64,000 nucleotides of DNA from Psammoneis japonica. Its lineage: Eukaryota. The notes under the pieces are model-generated. The model searched no databases. It worked only from the letters and a program-made list of their open reading frames with translations, and was not told where the DNA came from. The stretch spans positions 1 through 64,000 of the forward strand of contig QPGO01000287.1 of assembly GCA_008632985.1 (NCBI GenBank), in the 5' to 3' direction. The position numbers and the translations under genes are program-made. Positions 25,901-38,569 of this stretch are shown piece after piece (positions within the stretch are counted from its first letter, which is position 1; every line of letters begins with the position of its first letter).

Positions 25901-28091
25901 CAGTGTTTGGGAACATTGCCTGAGATTGAGTGTCCAAGATGTCACCACCGGTTCTCCCTGCTTCAATTTCAAATTCAAAAACATTCAAGCCAACACCTTG
26001 GAAAATGAACAAATGCAAAGAAGCAATCTTGTGCATGTGAAGAGCACTGATCCTCATTTTAGAAGGAAGGAATGCAAGTCAAGACAGCAATCATGTTTGC
26101 AACAATGTCTTTGTGAAAAGACCCTCCTGCAATCCCACACAAAAATTTGGACCCCCCAAACCAGCGTGCCCACACCTGGATGAGAACAACATCAGCACAC
26201 TTGAGTTGGCAGTTGTGGCAGTGTGCACAACTCCAGAAAAAGCTTTTGCAGTCATTGCGATTTGGCAGAAAGTCACAATGTGATGTGCTGTGACATTGAC
26301 CAATCCAACAACCTTGAGCTGCACATCTTTGGGTGCAACTCTTTGAAACAGCATCATGGCAATGTCCGTCTGTTCAATGATTTTGAAAGATTGTGTCCTC
26401 CTGATTCTTGGATGACAAGCATGGCACCACACACAACAAAAAAATGTGGAGGACACAAAAAATGACATTGGTTTGCAACAATCTTTAGAATCTGCACAGG
26501 TTGATCTGTTTGAAATGACAAAAATGCCTTGAACAACCCTGTCCTGTTGAATCCAGATCACACCAATTGTCAACATCCAAACAACAACGTGTTCTCAAAC
26601 TGCAGCTCAATCTTCAAGCTGCAGAATGTGCATCTCATCATTGTTGCAAATGAAGTCATGCTGCTCATTTGCGTGAATGAAATCATGCTGGCTTTCTCTG
26701 TGTTGTCAAATGAAGTGTTCAGCACAAGCTTGGAGAGTTCTCTTTTGTTGCCTTGCAAGCCTGTCCCCACATTGGCAATGTGTTGCAGAAGCCATGGCAA
26801 CAACAAACCAACGGAACCACAACAAGCAGTTGCAAAACAAAACAAAAATGTGCTGTGCTTGCCAAAGACAAGATCAGTGCAAAAGTGCCCAATGGCTTCT
26901 TCCTGATGACCTTGAGCCACACAGAACCTGCCAAGCAAGTGCAGCCAGTCTTGTCAAGCAACAAAAATGACCTTCCTTTGAATGTCAACTGGCTGTGCAG
27001 CATCAACCATGAAAAAAGGAAATGCCTTGCTGAGATCAAGAAAACAAACAAAGAAAAGATGAAAATTTGAGGAAATCATTGTCTCGCCCATTGCAGGACG
27101 TGAAAGACAAAAAAGTCAATGTTCGCACCATGCACACAAACAAATCAACGTGTTGTTCCTGTCCATTGTCTGACATTGTGCAAAGCCCATTGGGATTTTT
27201 GCAAAGACCCACACATCCCACATGAGACCAGGGAAAATCAGCACCAAAATGACAAAAAAAAGCATGACCCACATCATCCAACCAGATTGCTGGGTTTGGA
27301 AAACAAAAGCAAATCAATGCCAGTCATTGTGCCAGTCACAACGGCCAAATCCCAACAAAAGAGCAAATCTGTTATTTTGTGAACATGTTTTGCAATGAAA
27401 AAAATTTGTGTGGGTGCTCTTGCTGAACCATTGCAAGTGGTCACACAAAGCAGAAGCCTCCTGTGTGGAATGAGTGCTGCACGCGTGCTGATGTTGAAGG
27501 TCATTTGAAAACTGGCCCCCCTTTGGAAACCCCAATTTGGGCAACAACACAACACATTGCAACCAGCAAAGGCAATGGCAAGGAAGACAAGGAAGGAGAG
27601 GGTGATGGCAGAAGACACACCAAACAGCCCAAGGCCAGCAGCAGCATTGTTGCAGGCAGGAGCTGCTGGAGCCAATCTCTGAAGAGAGAGGTGGAAGAGG
27701 TGGCACAGAAAAAGCTCTTCCCAAAAGCAAAATTTCTGGTCAAAGCAGGGCAGAACCACCAAAAACCCAGCTTGGACAGAGACAAGAACACAAGCAACGA
27801 CAGAGCTTTCCAGTGATGATGAGGACAATTTTAAGACAAAATGGAAAAACCTGGCAACAGAAAGGATGAGGAAAAAGAGGAAGAGAGTGAAGAAAATGGC
27901 GACGATGACAAATGTGGAGCAACTGCAGTGCAGGCCTGTTGAAAATGAAAAATGGTTGACACCACAGCATCAGTTTGGTGTTCATTGACAAGCCACATGA
28001 AATGGCAAAAGCAACAGCTCATTGTTCATCAGGAATGTGGCACAAAAGTCATTGCACAATTCATGTTAAACATGAAAATTGGCACGCAATG

Positions 28092-28458
28092 TGCACTATG
28101 CTCGAAGAACGAGTGTAAACGAAAGTAGAATAGTGTACGAAAAGTGGAAATTATAAGATTAAATTTTGCTCTGTGATTTTTGGTTTCTCCGAACGAGTTC
28201 TCAATGGCCTAAAGCTTCTGTACTGTTTCTACAGACAAAAGGCCTTTCGGAGAATATATTCGTGACAACAGATTGTCCGGATACGATTGCTATTGACACG
28301 TAAGATGTCAACATCGTCAATCGATCGTATTTGCAATTCTCGACATCCGATCAACTCTGTGTGATCGTTCTGTCCTTTGTACGCATCCACGACTGTGGTA
28401 CGATTGACATATAAATAATATATAATCATGAATGTGTATATAACAGTCGCATACTGCA
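28092..28458 (-). repeat. Gypsy-2 3' LTR (TA-retaining copy)
   Basis: Gap-free alignment with 32464-32830. Confidence 0.95.
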
Positions 28459-31400
28459 TTCGCCTCCCTAATTGCACATTAGAGTCATTTGTAAGTGGAT
28501 TATTCGACGGACATCGACAGTGTCAATAATGTCTCCACTTTCACTGTATTGTGCCATTAGCAATGACTGTTGTTGTTTTGTATAGGCAATATAGGGCCGT
28601 TCCAATTTCCGAATGTCTTTTGAGAGTGACATTGTTCGTTTCTCACTTAATATGTATATATATAGTATTACGTCGAGTATTCTCATTGACGTTCTTGTTG
28701 ATATGAACACAAGGACTAATTGTCCTGGAGTAAGTGTTTTTCCTGATATCGATTGTACATAGCGTCGTGCCCAGTACTTAATGTACGCTCTTAATTATGG
28801 CGTTCACTTACTTACTTGTGGATTTCATGTAGTTTGGCGGGCTTACTTTATATGCCATATTGCTCTGCTGCACTACCACATTTCATAAGTAATAATAAAC
28901 GATGGTCAAAGATATTATGACCATTTCGTCTTGATAATCAATCCTGAGATGGTTATGAATTCCATTATGGATTTTTTTTTTGTACTTCAACCATCTATCA
29001 GTTGGATTTTAATCGTTATTTGGACGTTTCTTTCTGACATACCGGTGTTATTTTGTCATTCCGAAGGCACTGGTTTCGTGCACTAAGTGGATAAATGTCC
29101 ATTTTTCTTTTCTTTTTCTAGATCTTTGGCACATCTCGTGTGTCGACATGATGTATATTTTAATGTCTTGCCTCGTACATTGTACAATACAACCGTACGG
29201 GTGTTGTGAGATTGTCTTTTGCCAGTGTGAAGTGGATACGTATAATGTACACCAATCTGTCACTGTTTTTTCCTAAATCGTCCTTTAAAAAGGCGATTTT
29301 ATCCTTGTGACATGAGCATTTTTCGATCTCGCTCGCCTCCACGAAAAGTGTTCGTATGATATGTCGCGTCCGACAATTTGGAGGGAATGTCTTTATCCCG
29401 TTTTAACGGTAGGACATTGTCGTAGGATTCAATTTTCTATAGTAAGTCGGCTGATCGCGTCTATCGCGACGATGTTCGCCTTGCCCTCGCTGTATTTTAA
29501 TTCGGGACTGAAGTTTTCTATTGTAAGTCGTCAACGTATGACTTTGTCCGTTGTGTCTTATGATCCGTATATATATAAATCTGTTGGCCAAACAGCATAT
29601 TTCGGAATTTTATAAGTGTTTTCACTATGGACAGAAGTTCTTTTTTCCGTTGTAACGTATAATATTGAAATCCGTGTATGATAACAATATAGTTTTTGAT
29701 TTGATACGCTCCATATTTTCGGAGACTTTTCGTTCCGTACTTGTACTTTTGCCGTTTGACCTTTATTGAGGTGAATTTGGCTAGTGTTGTACAGGAGATC
29801 GTTGAGACTACATGTCTCGATAATAGTAACGTATGACAACGAGATGTCGTAGTGTTCTTTACGTTTTTCTCGTGTTGCGATTGCTTGAATCGCCTCCATT
29901 TTCTTTGTAATCGATTGCATGTCGTTACGTATGGAAGTCTTGATAGTTTATTTCAAGTTAAATAGTGAAGGACTTTTGTTGTTAACCTTCTAAGCGACTG
30001 TTCTAGTCGTTTGAATGCCGTATTAAGCTGTTGCTTGTGCAGGTGATATTTTGAAGTTACTTTTGTCAGGCACAAACGATCACATATAGTCGTTCTGACA
30101 ACTTTAAACCTGTTATGAGTTCACTCAAGTGTTGTATAAAAATATCTGGGGCTCTATAGATTCTCATTGGAAGTCCATAGTGCTCATTTTCTCCCCACGG
30201 CATGATTTTCGTGTGAGCACGACATGTGCTTTTTTTATTTGACTTGGTGGCATTCCATGTTTGAATCAAATAGATTGCATATATGAAACGTTCTTGCTTC
30301 AACAGTATTTCCTGAATATTGGGTAAAGGATGCACCACCTGCATGAACCTTGTACAAGCTTCTGAGTGTCGAATGCGGTCGAACTCGACCTGTTTTCTTT
30401 AGACAATGAGTCTCAGAGCGACTTGTTCAGAGTAATTTCATTCTTAAGACTTCAATCTTTCATAATAGGTCAAACTCCTTTTGATTGGATGCCTCCAAAG
30501 ACTATGATAGGAGAAGGTTCTCACGCGTCGTGGAATCGCGTCAGATTTTCCACGATGAGATCCACTGGTTCTTCCCACACATTCGTCTGAGGAACTTTTC
30601 AAAAAGATTTCAACCTCTTAAGAAGAAGATTGAGTTGGTTGTGTTCATTTGGGTTAGATGCATCGCCGTAGTTGTCACTTGATTAGGATCGATGACGTGA
30701 CAATGTGAGTCGAGGACCATTGGTTCCGTTGTTGACTCCATTCACGGCGTCACATTTTTCAATGTGATCGGTTTTCAGCTTGAAAACATCGGCATCGAAG
30801 AGTGTATGAACATTCTTCATAGGATAATTGCTTCTTCCCATTTGATTTCTTCAATTACCCAGTCCAATGTGATCACAAGACTGGACATTAAGTCGCGTCC
30901 CATGATCACATCACTCGACCTTGAAGAAGATTTCGTGTTGTCGACATGTGCTGTTTGAATGTCAGCAGGTCTTAAATTTGCACAGTGAGAACTGAGTTCG
31001 GTTTCTGCTGTCAGTCGTAAAGAGCTCACCCTTGGTTTCCCAAGTTTTTTTTGGTGGCGGACATTTTGGTTCTCAACTTTCGCACGAATTTGCGCAAAAT
31101 TATGGTTGACGATGTTCCGTTGTCGACAGGAACACGTAGATGCTTTTTTTCTCTCCTTTCCCAAGGAAGCATTCATATAAATGATGACTCCTGGACTGGC
31201 ATGAATTATTTCTGCCTTTTTTCTAGGCTTCCTAACATCCAGTGAAGCAAATAATTCGTGAATGGACCCAAATTGTTCTTCGGATTCACTCTGGATCATC
31301 CGATCAAATTGGCATTTTTCTTCACTGAGGGCATCAGAATCTGTTTCTTTGCCCTTGTGCTCTTTTTCTTTGTTCGAGGAACTCGTTTTGAGCATTTTTT

Positions 31401-32463
31401 GAACCGCCTGATCAACCATGACGTTCAACTCTTTTTTGCGAGCGGCATTTTCGTTATCGCGACGCGACCGCGTGCGATTGCCATTTGAACGGCGCATTTT
31501 TGGGTCTCTTTCAGAGTCACCCTTGCACTCTTTTGCTAGTTCATTTTCGGAATAGCTTTAATCCGTGATGCAGGTGTTCTTTTTTCAAAGATTGGACCTT
31601 TTGTTCACTTTGGATTGTGGTGGTACCACACAGGAAACCATTTTTGGAACCAAAATTGGAACCTTTTTGATTGTGGAATCAACTGCGCTGTCAGAGCCCG
31701 AATTGACATGTTTTTTTTGTCATAGACGTCCTTGCCGACCTCTGGACGACTCAAACCTCAATCAGCTCGTCAAGGGTGTGATCCAGTAGTTCAACATTTT
31801 GGACAGTAGGCTGATGCTGCCATCCTTGCGGTGCGAGTGACAACTGATAAATCAGCGCTCGGTTTCCCGCTAGATTCGACTTAGAATCCATCTGAGAGTC
31901 GCACAGACTCTCCTCGTTGACCTCTTGGGTCTATCAGAGGCTTTCTTGCTGTTGAGCGGCTCTGGTTTCTTCAGGTCGTCTCGAAAATAATTTCCCTGAT
32001 TCTGAAGTGCATTTCCTAGGAGGACATGAGTTATGAGACGCTTGAGGCACTTTCCAACGATTCCCTCTTGCTCCTTGGACTCGAGGATCATCGATTCGGT
32101 CTCAAAAAACTCTCCAATAGTCTCTCCTTGCATGGTAGACGCATTTCTCGGATCTGATCGACTCGGAACTTGCATTCTCTGCAACCATGACTTGGTGTAG
32201 ATTTTTTTGATAATGCGGTGTGCTTGAGAGCCCTTGATCCTTGGGTGCTTGGAATAGACCGTACCAGAGCGAATCCTCTTGTCTGGTAGACGAAAAACAG
32301 CGTTCCATCTTGAGGCACTGCTCGGCTTGAGCTTCTTCCGCTCGGAAATCGATTCCAGCAGAACTGATGCGATTCGTTCCTGTTTGTAGAAGAATTTGCA
32401 AAGGCACATTAGTTAAAATTTTCATTTTCCGTGCTTTTTACCTTCTGTGGTGTGTGTGCACAA

Positions 32464-32830
32464 TGCACCATGCTCGAAGAACGAGTGCAAACGAAAGCAG
32501 AACAGTGTGCGAAAAGTGGAAATTATAAGATTAAATTTTGCTCTGTGATTTTTGGTTTCTCCGAACGAGTTCTCAATGGCCTAAAGCTTCTGCACTGTTT
32601 CTACAGACAAAAGGCCTTTCGGAGAATATATTCGTGACAACAGATTGTCCGGATACGATTGCCATTGACACGTAAGATGTCAACATCGTCAATCGATCGT
32701 ATTTGCAATTCTCGACATCCGATCAACTCTGTGTGATCGTTCTGTCCTTTGTACGCATCCACGACTGTGGTGCGATTGACACACAAATAACATATAATCA
32801 TGAATGTGCACACAACAGTCGCACACTGCA
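32464..32830 (-). repeat. Gypsy-2 5' LTR (TA-converted copy)
   Basis: Gap-free alignment with 28092-28458; 15 differences by manual alignment. Confidence 0.95.
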
Positions 32831-33082
32831 AATGCAAAAAACAAACAATGTTGATTGTCAGCTTCTTCAGCAAAAGAAGGTGCACACTCTGACAGGAGAA
32901 AGGGGAGGCTGTTTGACAGTGAATGATGATCTCTTCACAGCCAAGATGAGGGCTCCACAGCAAAAATTAACCGTCTTTCACAGGTGACTTGTTGTTGCCA
33001 GCTGCACAACTGGCAAGGTTTGAAAGCATGAAAATGATGTCTGCAAAAGGAACAAAAATCACTCTGAGAAAGGAGGTGTTGA

Positions 33083-33950
33083 TCACTTCAATGCATGCTC
33101 TGATGTGATCCTGTGCTTCTTCTTCATGTCAGAGCAAGCAAAAATGTTGGTGATTGCATGTGAGTTGAACCAAGTCTTGCCAAATCCTGGCACTGTGGCG
33201 TGCAATTGCATGACTTCATCCGATGGATGGATGTTGGTGATGAGCTTCTTGTTGCAGAAGATCATGGTTGTGGACTGGTTGTCCAACAAAATTCCAGTCT
33301 CTCATGTTGCCAGATTAACCCTGCAGAGAGATGCATTGATGTGCATGCCAGCCCATCCTGAACAGCAGATTTCATTCCAGAGGATTCTTTTGTGGAGGAG
33401 TTGGCAATGCTGGCATTGTAACTTGCTTGAGCATTGCTTGCTTCTTGCTCCCAGCAGTTGTTGGAATGGTGCCCCCTTTGCCACAGCAGCAACACTTGCC
33501 TTCTAACTGAGCAAAGGACAGGGTGAGTCCTCGGTTTTCCTCCTTTTCTGTGGATTCAGTCCCAGAACTGTTGCTCCGATTGTCCCTGTTTTGGCTGTTG
33601 TTGGTCTTGCCAACACAGTCAATCTTGTGATTGCTCAACACAGAGTTGGCTTCCACAACAGACTTGGGATGTTGGTCATTTCTGAGTGACTGCTGGGCAT
33701 TCAATCCTCTCAGAATCTAACAGCATTTACGTGATCTGCATTCTCCAAGCAAATGCAGCCCATCAACTGGCTGAGTGCTTGTTCTTGACACTTCTTGACA
33801 GCATTTGCATCATTTTCATTGCAGTCAGACATTCCTTCTGCCACTTTGGTGAGGATGATTGGTTCTCTGATGTGAGACTTTGTGATGTCTTTTTTGTGAC
33901 CCTGAGTTGCTTGGTGCAATCTTGGAGACTCTCCTTCAAATTGCAGAGGA
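33083..33950 (-). mobile_element. Copia gag-protease fragment
   Basis: 'NDQHPKSVVEANSVLSNHKID', 'SFAQLEGKCCCCGK' (zinc knuckle), protease 'LDNQSTTMIFCNKKLITNI..PGFGKTWFN..ITNIF'. Confidence 0.82.
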
Positions 33951-34250
33951 GTGAGACTGCTCCCTTTTGTTGCATTGATGTCAGCTCCATGCTCAACTGA
34001 CAAGCTTGTGAGTGCAGGGTGGCCCTTGCTGCATGCAACAAACAGCAGCGTTTCTGCAGAATTCAAGTTGTTGATGGCATCTAGCATCCACTGATGCACC
34101 ACATGACAGGAGCAAGTGCAAGACAGCTTCAGAGCCATTTTGGCAAGAGAAACAAAGAGAGGGTGAGTTCACATCATTTCTTGGCTCTGCGATTGCACCA
34201 TGGCCCAAGAGCACCTGAACCCTGTCAGTGCTTCCAGTGGCCACAGCATG
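33950..34250 (-). pseudogene. Ankyrin-repeat gene fragment
   Basis: 'VQVLLGHGA', 'LCFSCQNGSEAVLHLLLSCGASVDA', 'TLLFVACSKGH..SVEHGADINA..TPL' across frameshifts. Confidence 0.75.
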
Positions 34251-34399
34251 AAAGAGTGCATCAGTGCGTGGACTTGGGGTTTTGAGGGGGGATCAGGGGA
34301 CTCCCAGTTTGTTTTGTCTGGAGAAATGGGTCACGAGCCACTTCCATCATGCAGTTGCCACCTGGCAGCACAGGCGGCACACATCAAGCCAAATGGGCC

Positions 34400-37300
34400 C
34401 CTTGTTCCCTTGTTCCCCCATTTTTGATTTCCTGGGGGATTTTCCAATGTCAAAAAATCTCCTTTCTAGAACCCTGAGCCTGGAGTGGGCGTGCATCCAG
34501 AAAACACAGCACAACGTGGGTTCACAATTGCCTCCCTGGAATTGTTTGGCAAGTGTCAAACTTCCTCCAAAGTGCCATTTTCTGTTGTTCAAGAGAGGTC
34601 TTCCATTGCAGGCAGCGGAGTTTATGAATCAGAAGAGAAGATGCACAAGGCACTCTTGGCAGAAGAAGTTCACAATGAAATGGATGTGGAGAGTTGAAGT
34701 CACTCCAGTCTGGTGGAGGGGAGGAGTCCTCATCATGGCAGGTGTCACTCACCAAGGGGGCTGAGTTTTTGAAAGAGAGAAGGAAGCATGGAAGTTGTGC
34801 ATGGAGACACCCAGGGTTTGAATGGGCATGCAGAGAAAGACCTGAGCAATGGACACACCATTTTCAAAAACACCTCTTGATCACCATGCATCCGGGTTTT
34901 AATCTGGAAATTGCCACGTGGAATGTGTTCAGACGAGGCGGAGAGAGATTGGACCATGAGTCTCTTCCTCAATGTGCCATTGGAGCAATGGTCAGACACT
35001 TCTGCTGCTTTTACAACAACATCAAAAAAAAAAGCATCAACGGCCAGATGCCATCCAAAGAACAGCAAGAACAAGAAGGGACATTGTGCTGGCAGTGACA
35101 GGAGGTCTGAGCACTTCCTGAATTCAAAGAAAAAGAAAACGAGAGCTTCTTGTCCAATTTTTGATGCCAGCACAAAACAAAGTCACCACCAGTGATGTGT
35201 GGAGAGGCTTTGCAACAGGTGCAGTGCCTCACCTTAAGCATCATTTGAGCATCCAAGAAACCATTGTTCCATTCCAGGTTTGGCAACAGCTCCATGTTCT
35301 CCAGAAGATGATGACAAAATCAATGAGACACAAGACCAAGACCAAGTCAAGCAGGAGAAGCTGCAGTCCGCTGCGTGCTTTTGTGATTCACATGTGCCTG
35401 TGCAGAAGACTCTGCCATTGCCACACATTTGAATGAGATTTGAAAGAAAGTTCAAAAGAATGATGGTGATTCCATGGCAGGCATTGGAAAAGGAGTGAAG
35501 TGGATGCCACCACTGTGTGATCCCATGAGCACTGGCTTGGGTTCGTCACCAAAGCCTGACAAGTGGTGCCTTTGGAGCTGCTGGGCACATGCATGGCTGC
35601 CATTGATCATGTTTCCAAGAATGCACTTGCAAGCAAAGCATTGTTGTTTGTTCTTTGGCAAGAACAATGTGGAATCAAAGGGGCTTGCATTTGGGCTGAT
35701 GGCTGAATGGATGCAAACAGCACTGATGCTTTGTCAGTGCATGGATTGCCTCAATGTTGATTGTTGTGGGAGGGTGGATGAGAAGAGAGAAAAAGGACCA
35801 AATCTTTTTGGGTCATTGACCCCCTTTGTTTGTCAAGGCTTTCAGCAGCAGAGGTTGTAGAGCAGTTTGACTTTGTGACCAGTCATTGGGGTCCAGGTGT
35901 GCATGAAAGTGTGGTGTGTTGCTTGGCACGTTTGTGCAATCATTCTGTCTTTTCTGGTGCATTCTCATCCACGGTGAATGAGATGAGATCTTTTGATTGT
36001 TCTTGGCAGCAGCTGAGCTGCTGCAAGAGGCTCCTCAGCTGGGATCTAGTTGAAGCCATTGGACACACCGCAGACAGGACACAGCTCCACTGTTTCAGAG
36101 CCTGGGGAGCACAATGGCATCCATTTGTCAGCCACAAGAGTTGCAAATGGCTTCATTGCATTTGTGGAGAATGTGTTGGAGCAGTGCATGCAGGGATCTT
36201 TTGAGTTCAATCAGCACTCACAGATTGCAACAGATGCAACCTTCAAGCACTGGAGCAAGGTGCAGGCACATCTGAAGGATGGGAGCCAGGATCTTTGTTT
36301 GTTGCTTCTGCAAATCTTGCCATTGGATCTGGGAAAATGTGTGCAAGTCCACCTGTCATTGGCAAAGGACAAGATGAAGTGGAGTCCTTTTTGGAGCATG
36401 TTCAGATGGCAAGGAAGGTGCAGGGGGGCCCACAGTTTGGCCAAGTTGACAACAACAATGCAAATGCTGACAGCGGCATGTCCAATTGTGTTTTCTCAGG
36501 TGTGAATTGTCCTTGGATAAACTCAAAGCACCAAGTGATTTTTCCCAGTTGCTTGCTTCATGCCTGCATTGTTTCTGTGTGTTGTGCAGAGCATTCAGAA
36601 GGTGACAGCCCACGCATCCCAAAATCCAACATGCCTGTTCTTTGATTGACTTGCAAGCATTTTCATCATTTCTGGGATGCAGGCAATGCTGATCAGCATT
36701 TCAAGGAGAATTGTGACACAGTGATCAATCTCAACACCAGCCATTGTGGAAAGCATCATGGGCTTGATGCCAAGTGGAACAGAGGGCGTGCTGTCAAAGA
36801 AGAGGGGGAGTGTGTTGGCTTCAGCTGTCTTTTCAGGGGTTGCCCATGGCAGTTGTTGACATTCATGCCATGAGGGTCTTTCTCATTTGGTTCAAATGCA
36901 CATTGGAAGATGGGCAGCTTGTTCCCTGTGGCAGGCAAATCAGTGGTGACCTGGACAGACTTTTGAAGGGTCGTGGCATCAACGTCAAAGACTGTTTGGA
37001 GACAGCAGTGACTGCAAAGACACATGACAATGGCAGCTCCATTGGTGCAAAGGTTCTTGCAGAGCAAATTTTGAATGTGACATTGCTTGACAAAAAGACT
37101 GGAAAAATGGCTGATTGTGGTGAGAGAGAGTCATCATCTTCCCACTGACGCAGCAAAGAGATGCTTGGCTGTGCCGTGACTGGCACCATTGTCCACAGGC
37201 TTCTCACAGTGAAATTGCTGAAACCAGTCTCTTCCAAACTCCAAGGCTTGATTCAGCCACCTGAGCTCAATGTCGCACAGGTTGGCAGCATGGTGGATGC

Positions 37301-38200
37301 AATTGGTGGAGGACAAGTTGTTGTGAGAGACACTGTGACTGGAGTTGGCAACTGCAGAGGCATGGGAGTTTCCACAAAGTGTGGCAGTGAGCTGGTGGGC
37401 CAAATAAAAACCTCTGATCCAAATTGATGGTGTGTTCTTAGAATCACAGAAGCTGCCATTTGGATTCTCAGACAGCAAAGCAGATGAGCCAAACTGTGCA
37501 AAGGGAGTGCCAACTGGAGAAGTTTGCAGAAGAGACTGCTCTGATGCTGTTCTGCTCCACACAAGCCCTCCTCTGATGCCACCTCTGGAAAAATGCAACC
37601 CAGCATCATCCATTCTCTTTGCTGAAAAAAGATCTCAACTCAGAGGGAAGCACTTTTTCCCAGGTGCAAAACAAGGAAAAAGACTTGGCGGCACACACAG
37701 ATTCCTTGGCCTCAGACAATGATGGCACCGCTGATTCAGCGCAGAGCAGCGCATTGTCCGATGCAAGCACAGAACCAAATAGAGCCAAAGCAAGTGCCAA
37801 CATGATGGCAACTGCAACACCAGATGAAATCTTGGACATGCTTTTGGATGCATCAAAGCTGGATGAAAGCACCAAGAATGAGCTTCATGTCATCAAATTA
37901 AATGTGTGCTTGCAGAGCAACACACAAAAGCAAGCACTTTGGCTCTTCCCTTGTTTTGCATCCCAAACTTCAAAAGTTGCAACCCACTGCCCAGCCCATC
38001 ATCGGGGTCATCTCGAGTGGCTGCCAAGAGGCCCAGCACAATGAAAAAAGGGGTTGAGCAAGATGCGCGCATCATGTCGTCTTGGTGCAGTTTAACATCA
38101 CAACCAACAATGCATCATGAGCCATTCCCTCCCACACTTCTTTTTGAAGCTCCCACTTCTGTCTCAACACAAACAAACAGCACGAACAAAATGCACAGTT
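34400..38200 (+). other. Decayed long ORF region, possibly a DNA-transposon transposase
   Basis: TA/CG-depleted chained plus-strand ORF fragments, including 'QIATDATFK'. Family not recognised. Confidence 0.3.
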
Positions 38201-38525
38201 TTTGAAAAGCAGAGACACCATTTCAAAAACTCCTTTCCAAAACTCTCACTTTTTTCACTGCCACAAAGTGCAGAGAGCCTCGAGGCTGTTTGCCTCTTGT
38301 TTTTTGGAGTCTGCTGTCTCTCTTCGCCTCAAGACTCACGCAGAACCTACAGCACACAAAATCCTGGTAGGGCAAGAGAGATTTCCCCCCCACACCTCCC
38401 CTCGCATCGTCGTCGTTTCGAAGTTTGCATTCGCGAAAGTCGGTCGAGTTACTGTTGTCTGAGTAGCTCGTACTTCAATCTTACGTCGTACGTACAGTAT
38501 GTACTGTACACTGTCCATTCGTCAT

Positions 38526-38527
<2 letters not shown>

Positions 38528-38557
<30 letters not shown>
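38528..38557. repeat. (GCAC)n microsatellite
   Basis: About 7 tandem gcac units. Confidence 0.9.
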
Positions 38558-38569
38558 CACTACTACAGG

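Larger units (their letters stand above)
14430..28087. other. Heavily decayed, TpA- and CpG-depleted repeat region with ORF remnants of unknown identity
   Basis: Almost no TA or CG dinucleotides. Fragmented Cys/His-rich ORFs (e.g. 15361-16164, 20164-21100, 22499-23299). No family recognised with confidence except the LINE fragment below. Confidence 0.55.
28092..32830 (-). mobile_element. Ty3/Gypsy element 2 with degenerate interior
   Basis: 367-bp TG..CA LTRs at 28092-28458 and 32464-32830. TSD AATG at 28088-28091 and 32831-32834. PPT-like GGGAGGCGAA next to the left LTR. RT remnant 'HPLPNIQEILLK..MPWGENEHYGLPM..APDIF'; protease remnant 'DVIMGRDLM'. Confidence 0.92.

Noticed and set aside
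28092..30400. Classical RIP (CA->TA) as the cause of the TA-rich patches
   Set aside because: The TA-rich RT island at 7142-8537 is open and keeps canonical motifs, host genes have similar TA, and TA-poor parts carry the non-canonical residues and broken TSDs. The LTR pair alone cannot polarise direction, and the TAG at 7139 could be a C->T change, so RIP is disfavoured rather than excluded.
1..38400. Hundreds of short Cys/His-rich ORFs as novel metal-binding proteins
   Set aside because: They follow from TG/CA enrichment and loss of TAA/TAG stops; the recognisable ones are decayed TE proteins.
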